This document shows positions 48,661 through 54,978 of a stretch of DNA of 54,978 nucleotides, in pieces. Position 1 is the first letter of the stretch. Each line of letters starts with the position of its first letter. Source of the DNA: Octopus sinensis. Lineage: Eukaryota. The stretch covers positions 1 through 54,978 of the forward strand of contig NW_021833767.1 of NCBI RefSeq assembly GCF_006345805.1, given 5' to 3'. The notes below the pieces were generated by a model that made no database searches, was not told the origin of the DNA, and saw nothing but the letters and a program-made list of their open reading frames with translations. A program made the position numbers and the translations under genes.

Positions 48661-49435
48661 CTATTTGGATGATGTTTCTGTGATCGTTTTCGGTTAGGCA
48701 TAATCTATAACACCGTTTGTCAACCTGATCATTTCAGGTCCACGTTTTCTATAGTAGACTCCAACTATATGAAAATTTCCTGACCCCACCCCGTCAGAAT
48801 ACAGCTTCTAAGCCACTGGTTGTTTTAATGGCAGGAGAAAGAGAGAAATTCCATTAGAAAAAGTTCTAATCGATTGTCTCGGTAAATAACAGGGGAAATT
48901 TAATCTGTATAAAATACTGTGAGATTATTTGTTGCAGCCTTCTCACACACTGTATCATGCTGAATTCTGTTAATGGTGCATGCATTTGTGAAACGCTCGG
49001 TAAGTTCCACGCTAATTCATGAACACAGAATTCAGTAGATACCAGAAATGTAGCTTCTTCGCACGAAAGAGATGTACAAAACCAAGTCGGAGAAAAATAT
49101 GCACCAATATTTTAACAACACGTCGTAGATAGCGCATCCACATTTCTCCAATTATTTGCAATTATATGCCAGGAAAGGCTTAGAGTTACGCAAAATGAAT
49201 AAATAAGAGGGTCATTCAAAATGTGTTTGCGAGATCAAATGAATACGAGGGAATTTGTAAATTGGTGTTAACTTTCGCAACTATTAAGTTATTAGTAACA
49301 CATTAACAGAGATATTCTACTGTGCTTATTGATTTGTTGGTGGTTAGCGATAGAGCGACGTTTCAACATGAATAAGCCATAAGTACAAACGTATATGCGG
49401 TCATGTATAAAATCGTGTGTGTGCTTATGAGTGAA

Positions 49436-49715
49436 AGCTCGTGGTATAGTGGTTAAGCGCATTGCAGTCACGAATGCTACATCTCGGTTTCGATTTCCAG
49501 ACACTCTGCGTGTTGTACTTTGTGAGCAAAATACTGCATTTCATGTTGTTCCAGTCCTTTCATACGGGGGTGGCAAGAATACTTTCTTCCCAATCACTTG
49601 GCTCCGTGTTCAATGCCACAGCGTGTCACCTTGGGTGAGTGTCTTCAACTATAGCATCGGGCCGATCAGAACTTTGTAAGTAGATTTGGTACATAAAAAA
49701 CTAAAGGAAGGCTGA
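49436..49715 (+). mobile_element. Diverged SINE remnants (family C-like head, then family A-like left arm)
   Basis: TGGTATAGTGGTTAAG...GGTTTCGATTTCC; CACCTTGGGTGAGTGTCTTCAACTATAGC. Confidence 0.55.
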
Positions 49716-50238
49716 TATATATTTATGTGTATAAAAATGGTTTCATTCTTTTGTTCATTTATGACGCGTGTTAATACATTTATCCTGTATTTTGATATAT
49801 CGTGGTTAGGCTCTCTTCGTCAGGACATTTTCGGAGAAATAGTGTTTTTGGCTGACTTCTTTGTCAGATAACAAAGTCTCCGAATGAGAAGATATGCTAA
49901 ACCCAAAATATAGAAATACAATTTAAAGGTTAACAAAACATTGATTGTATTATTTCTTATGATCTATATCGTTTTGAGCGGTATAAATAAACATTGAAAA
50001 TCATTTGTCTGTAACAGACATTTCCTTTAGCAAACTACTTTGCCACTTTAAACTCTGTCACTATCTGAATCACTTTCTCACACACTCTCTCTCACTCTCT
50101 CGTTCTCTCAGTCTCACCCTTTTCTATCTCTCTGTCTATATGTATGGTAAGAAGTACTTTCTATATAGACTGGGATCAATCGAAGACATCTGAGTAGATT
50201 TGGTAGATGGTAACTGAAAGAAGCCAGTCGTATAAATA

Positions 50239-50239
<1 letters not shown>

Positions 50240-50273
<34 letters not shown>

Positions 50274-50630
50274 AGTATATATGTGTGTGTGTATGTGTGT
50301 ATATATGTGTCTGTGTATGTGTGTATATATATGTGTGTGTGTGTATAGATATATATATATATATGTGTGCGTATATATGTATATATATATGTGTATATAT
50401 ATGTGGTGCGTGTATATGTGTATATATATGTGTGTGTGTGTCTATGTGCTTGCGTGTCTATATACTTGCATGTTTGTGCGTGTGAGAGTATAAGTGTGTG
50501 TATGTATGTGTGAATCAGTGTTTGTAAGTGTATGCATGTTTCTCTGTGTGTGTGTGTACGTATGTGTGTGTGAGTAAGTGTGAGTCGTTGGTTGTGTGTA
50601 CGTGTTTCTCTGAGTATGTATGTGTGTAGA
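50240..50630. repeat. (TG)n/(TA)n compound tract
   Basis: Direct reading. Confidence 0.9.
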
Positions 50631-50998
50631 TGGGGCTTATAATCCAAGGTGTGTCTCCATGAAGCTTATATGTTTATTCCGGTGCTGTGAAGATGCTATT
50701 ATTTATTATTAATATGAGAATTGAAAATAGTGGACAAAAGTGTTAAGTACTACAAGATACGTTTTGCAGATTAATTACATAATCCGGCCAATGACATTAT
50801 TCCTTATTATATGTTTCAAAAACAACAAGAGTTGCATTGGTGTACTTGTTGAAAACATTCCAGACAATTCCTCTTAGTACTACTTCAAATAAATAATTAA
50901 AACCTATACGTGCAGGTATATACGTTTACACGTATTTGTAAATATATGTCGCCTATACACACACATACATATATAGAATATGGACATATACTTATATG

Positions 50999-51033
<35 letters not shown>

Positions 51034-51214
51034 CATATGTTTGTTTGTGCATAATATATATAATATATGTATGTATATCTAGATATGTCTACCTATGAAT
51101 CTATATATATATATATATCTCTCTCTCTCTATATATATATACTATTATATATATATATATATATAATGTCTACCTATTATCTATGAATCTTTCTCTCTGT
51201 GTGTATATATATAT

Positions 51215-51249
<35 letters not shown>

Positions 51250-51835
51250 CTACCTATGTATCTATGAACCTTTCTCTCTATGTATGTATGTATATATATA
51301 TATATAGATCATAAGTGCCAAGATGAAATTCTGTGTGTCAGTGTGTCACACTTTAACCCCGCCCGCCTCTCTGAATGATACTTCTTCTACTCCTCTTGCT
51401 GGGGAGGCCAAGACGATGGTGGTGACTGTGGTTGTGATGGTAGCTGAGGCGGTCAAACGTGACGGTGATAATAAGGGATGTGAAAGACAGTGGTGATGAT
51501 GTTGGAGGAGAAAGTTGCGAAGTCAAAAGTATTGATATGTGGAGGCATGAGAAATGTGTATGTTGTGCGAATGGCAGTTGTAGTGGCGATGGTGGTGATA
51601 CTGGTGATGGTTGAAAGCAATCAACAGAAAGAGAGAAGTAGAGAGAAAAGAGGTTAGACAAAAAAATAATGTACTGACCCCCAAATGGGAAGACAAAAAA
51701 TTGTTTATCATGAAGCTTTGGCATAATTCCCAAGTCCACATATTTTATCATTGTTTGACGAAAATTGTCCATTGCTTTAAAAATATTGGTCAAATTTAAT
51801 ATTAGGCCGCCCTATGGGACGACTTTTTAAGCCAG

Positions 51836-51907
<72 letters not shown>

Positions 51908-51950
51908 GTATATATATGTATCAAAATAAAAACATGATGCCAAGGATTCA

Positions 51951-52026
51951 GCGGTACATATGTTTCGGGCCTTTATTAGACAGATTATAACAATAGATAT
52001 GTATGTCTGTGGCCTTCTTCAGCCGC
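51951..52026 (-). ncRNA. Type I hammerhead, canonical core CUGAAGA, long helix II insert
   Basis: GCGG CUGAAGA A GGCC ACAGA..UCUGU..GGCCC GAA ACAUAUGU A CCGC; H17=51955. Confidence 0.6.
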
Positions 52027-52129
52027 GCACAACAGCTTCCACAAGGACATCATTTTTGATCAATTTACTCCACCACCTACACCACCAACGGTTATACACA
52101 GGTGCTTATAATTATCAAGTACTCACCCC

Positions 52130-52163
52130 GAATTTCATATATATGTGTATATATATATGTATA

Positions 52164-52202
<39 letters not shown>

Positions 52203-52847
52203 TATATATGTACATATGCATACATGTAATCTATACATGTACACAACAAAATTATCTTAATGAAATGAGGACACGAGAGGGGGCGTGTCAAAGATATTTT
52301 CTCGAAGTTTAATGCCTGAAATGCAAATATGCGTATGTAGGATTTTGTGTCTGTGAATGTGTATGCATGTGTGTGCGTATGAATTATATAAAGATTTACA
52401 TATATAGGTATATATATGCATGTAAATATGTGTACATATATGCATATATACGGACAAACACACTAATATACGCACATGTTTATATATACATATATAAATG
52501 CATATATATATATATATATAAATAAGCATTATATATATATATATATACATATGCATCATATATATACATACATATGCATATTATATATATATATATATAA
52601 TGCATATATATATATATATATAATGCATATGTATGTGTATATATATAATGCATATGTATGTGTATATATATAATGCATATATATGTATATATATATAATG
52701 CATATATATGTATATTATATATAATGCATATGTATGTGTATATATATAATGCATATATATATATATATATAATGCATATGTATGTGTATATATATAATGC
52801 ATATATATGTATATATATATAATGCATATGTATGTGTATATATATAA

Positions 52848-52893
<46 letters not shown>

Positions 52894-52945
52894 CATGTAC
52901 ATTATAAATATATACATCATTATATACAATTATATATACACACAT
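52130..52945. repeat. TA-rich tract with units of about 24 bp (TATATATAATGCATATGTATGTG)
   Basis: Direct reading. Confidence 0.9.
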
Positions 52946-53460
52946 ATGTTCATTCAAGTGCTGTATAATGTTTTTCTGTCACCAAATACCAAATATGTAC
53001 ACAAGAAACCTAATGCAGTTCTAATTACCTGCTCCTAAAGTTATTTGATGCACAAAATGTAAGTGAAAAACACAAAGTCAATAAAAAAAACCATAGAAAA
53101 TTAATAGAAGAAAAAGATGCAATATTACGAAACTTGATGATTCAAGTATAGATGAAATGAGACTTAATGAAATGGCGAGAAAGAGGGTGAGAATGACAGA
53201 GAAACAAAGAGAGAGAGAGAGACAGAGAGAGGGAGAGAGAAGTTTGTGGGCGATTGGAAGCGATGAGTAGAATGGAAGATGAAAAAATACGTCACGTAAC
53301 ACAAGGCCATAGAATATAATGAAGAAATCTAATAAGGAGAAATGTAAATTAAAACTTTAGATTAATATTAATTGATGAGAAATTGAATCTCTGAAGTACT
53401 ATCGGAAAATCTCGATGGATATTAAAATTTAACTTTACTTTGTTCCTAAGCGACCCTTAC

Positions 53461-53489
<29 letters not shown>

Positions 53490-53491
<2 letters not shown>

Positions 53492-53852
53492 CTCTTTTAC
53501 TCTTTTATTTGTTTCAGTCATTTTACTGCGGCCATGTTGGAGCACCGCCTTTAGTCGATCTAATCGACCCCGGGACTTATTCTTTGTAAGCCCAGTACTT
53601 ATTCTATCGGTCTCTTTTGCCGAACCGCTAAGTGACGGGGACGTACACACACCAGCATCGTTGTGTCAAGCAATGCTAGGGGGACAAACACACACACAAC
53701 ATATATTATATATACTATACGACAGGCTTCTTTCAGTTTCCGTCTACCAAATCCGCTCACAAGGCATTGGTCGGCCCGGAAGACACTTGCCCAAGATGCC
53801 ACGCAGTGGGACTGAACCCAAAACCATGTGGCTGGTTAACAAGCTACTTAAC
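53490..53852 (-). mobile_element. SINE family A, near full length
   Basis: Colinear with other copies; small deletion in the left arm. Confidence 0.9.
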
Positions 53853-53883
53853 ACACACACACACACACACATATGTATGTATG

Positions 53884-53914
<31 letters not shown>

Positions 53915-54030
53915 ATATATATATATACTGGAGTAGGCTCATGAATGTGAAACAAGGTGGAAGAAAGAGTACTCAAATACCAGACATAGTTATATGCTTT
54001 ATTTAAAAGCCGCTTAAAATATAACAAAAG

Positions 54031-54068
54031 CTGTTACTTAGGGTTTCACGTTCCCGTTCATCGAACAA
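54031..54068 (-). ncRNA. Compact type I hammerhead-like fold, core UCGAUGA
   Basis: UUGU UCGAUGA ACG GGAA CGU GAA AC CCUAA GU A ACAG; GNRA loop II, GUA triplet (H17=54035). Confidence 0.5.
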
Positions 54069-54288
54069 TTTTGTTAAAATAGAACCGAAATAACGATATG
54101 ATCAAAACTAGTTAAAGGATACACCCTTAAAAATGAATTTGTTTCATGGGTCCTTTCAATTAACGGTCTTAAGCATGCAATGAAGAAAATAAACAAAATA
54201 AATGATTCAATAAAAACTCATCCTATTATAAATATCGAGGGAAACCTTAAATCGAAGAGCAGATTCAAAATACACACACACAGACACA

Positions 54289-54343
<55 letters not shown>

Positions 54344-54362
54344 GTATATATATATGTATATA

Positions 54363-54409
<47 letters not shown>

Positions 54410-54412
<3 letters not shown>

Positions 54413-54590
54413 AACTTCATGACGAAGACAGGTGGTGTAGACAACAAACAGAAGTATTAGTATAACGCTCAGGAACTGAAAAAGTATTTTACGTTTCGAG
54501 CCTACGCTCTTCTACAGAAAGGGACACAGAAAAAAAAGACAAGGAGAGAAGAAAAATGTGTGTAGTGGCTACCGATCTATCATGGAGATT
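54410..54590 (-). mobile_element. Hammerhead-bearing element family E1, copy 4
   Basis: Reverse complement of the E1 consensus. Confidence 0.85.
54487..54521 (-). ncRNA. Minimal hammerhead-like fold, core CUGUAGA
   Basis: CUUU CUGUAGA A GAGC GUAG GCUC GAA ACGU A AAA; H17=54490. Confidence 0.55.
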
Positions 54591-54613
54591 ATGTGTGTGC
54601 CACTATACACATT

Positions 54614-54644
<31 letters not shown>

Positions 54645-54788
54645 TTGTGTGTATGTAAATATGGTTTTATGTGTTAACATGCAGAGCAGGATTGATGGTG
54701 GATGTTCAAATTCTATGATCTCCTATAGATCATAAAACGCTTTTTATAAAGACGAATGACTACGATTGAAATAAGGGACAGCCTTGAT

Positions 54789-54925
54789 CAGTGGTTCCCA
54801 ATCTTTCCACTGTGCTTTGCAACAGTAGTTCCCAACCTCTGAATTTAAATACGTTTTCCCACGGAACCCTTTTTATATTCTTTATATCGGGTTCCGCCAC
54901 CCACCCCCCATGTTGGGAAGCACTG
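54789..54925. mobile_element. hAT-type MITE with 8-bp TSD
   Basis: TIR CAGTGGTTCCCAA / TTGGGAAGCACTG; TSD GCCTTGAT (54781-88) and GCCTGGAT (54926-33); second internal CAGTAGTTCCCAA end. Confidence 0.8.
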
Positions 54926-54978
54926 GCCTGGATAAACATGTCTTAATGATTAGAATGTCTTGCACCAAACATCGTCTC

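Noticed and set aside
49805-49830. Minus-strand CUGACGA core
   Set aside because: No downstream GAAA or helix II partner.
51353-51793. 146-aa ORF as a gene
   Set aside because: Antisense of a degenerate GTG/GAT low-complexity tract with no domain.
156-54447. The many YIYI/HTHT/CVCV/LSIY ORFs
   Set aside because: Translations of (TA)n, (CA)n and (GATA)n microsatellites or SINE antisense.

Overview
Very AT-rich eukaryotic genomic DNA, either intergenic or intronic. Its repeat content resembles what I recall from Octopus (cephalopod) genomes; this is an inference from SINE sequence resemblance, not a database hit. I found no host protein-coding exon, rRNA or intact tRNA. Nearly all ORFs in the track are translations of (TA)n, (CA)n, (GATA)n or trinucleotide repeats. 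The only protein-like sequences are two 5'-truncated LINE 3' ends: CR1/L2-type at 21.8-22.3 kb (+) and RTE-type at 47.5-47.75 kb (-). The window holds about 35 copies of tRNA-derived SINEs from at least 4 families, several MITEs with TIRs/TSDs, three local 170-320 bp duplications, several long inverted repeats, and a (TA)n-free trinucleotide-repeat domain at 30.5-35.7 kb. The main signal is a dense set of short non-coding elements next to (TA)n tracts that carry type I hammerhead ribozyme folds. I folded 11 by hand with recognisable helices I/II/III and an NUH triplet, plus about 4 degenerate ones, from at least 8 unrelated families. They match the minimal hammerheads known from Penelope-like elements and retrozymes. 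Some carry recurrent core variants (A6U in 4 copies of one family; C at position 4 in 2 families). All coordinates were read by eye. Repeat boundaries are approximate to about 10-20 bp; hairpin and ribozyme coordinates were indexed base by base.
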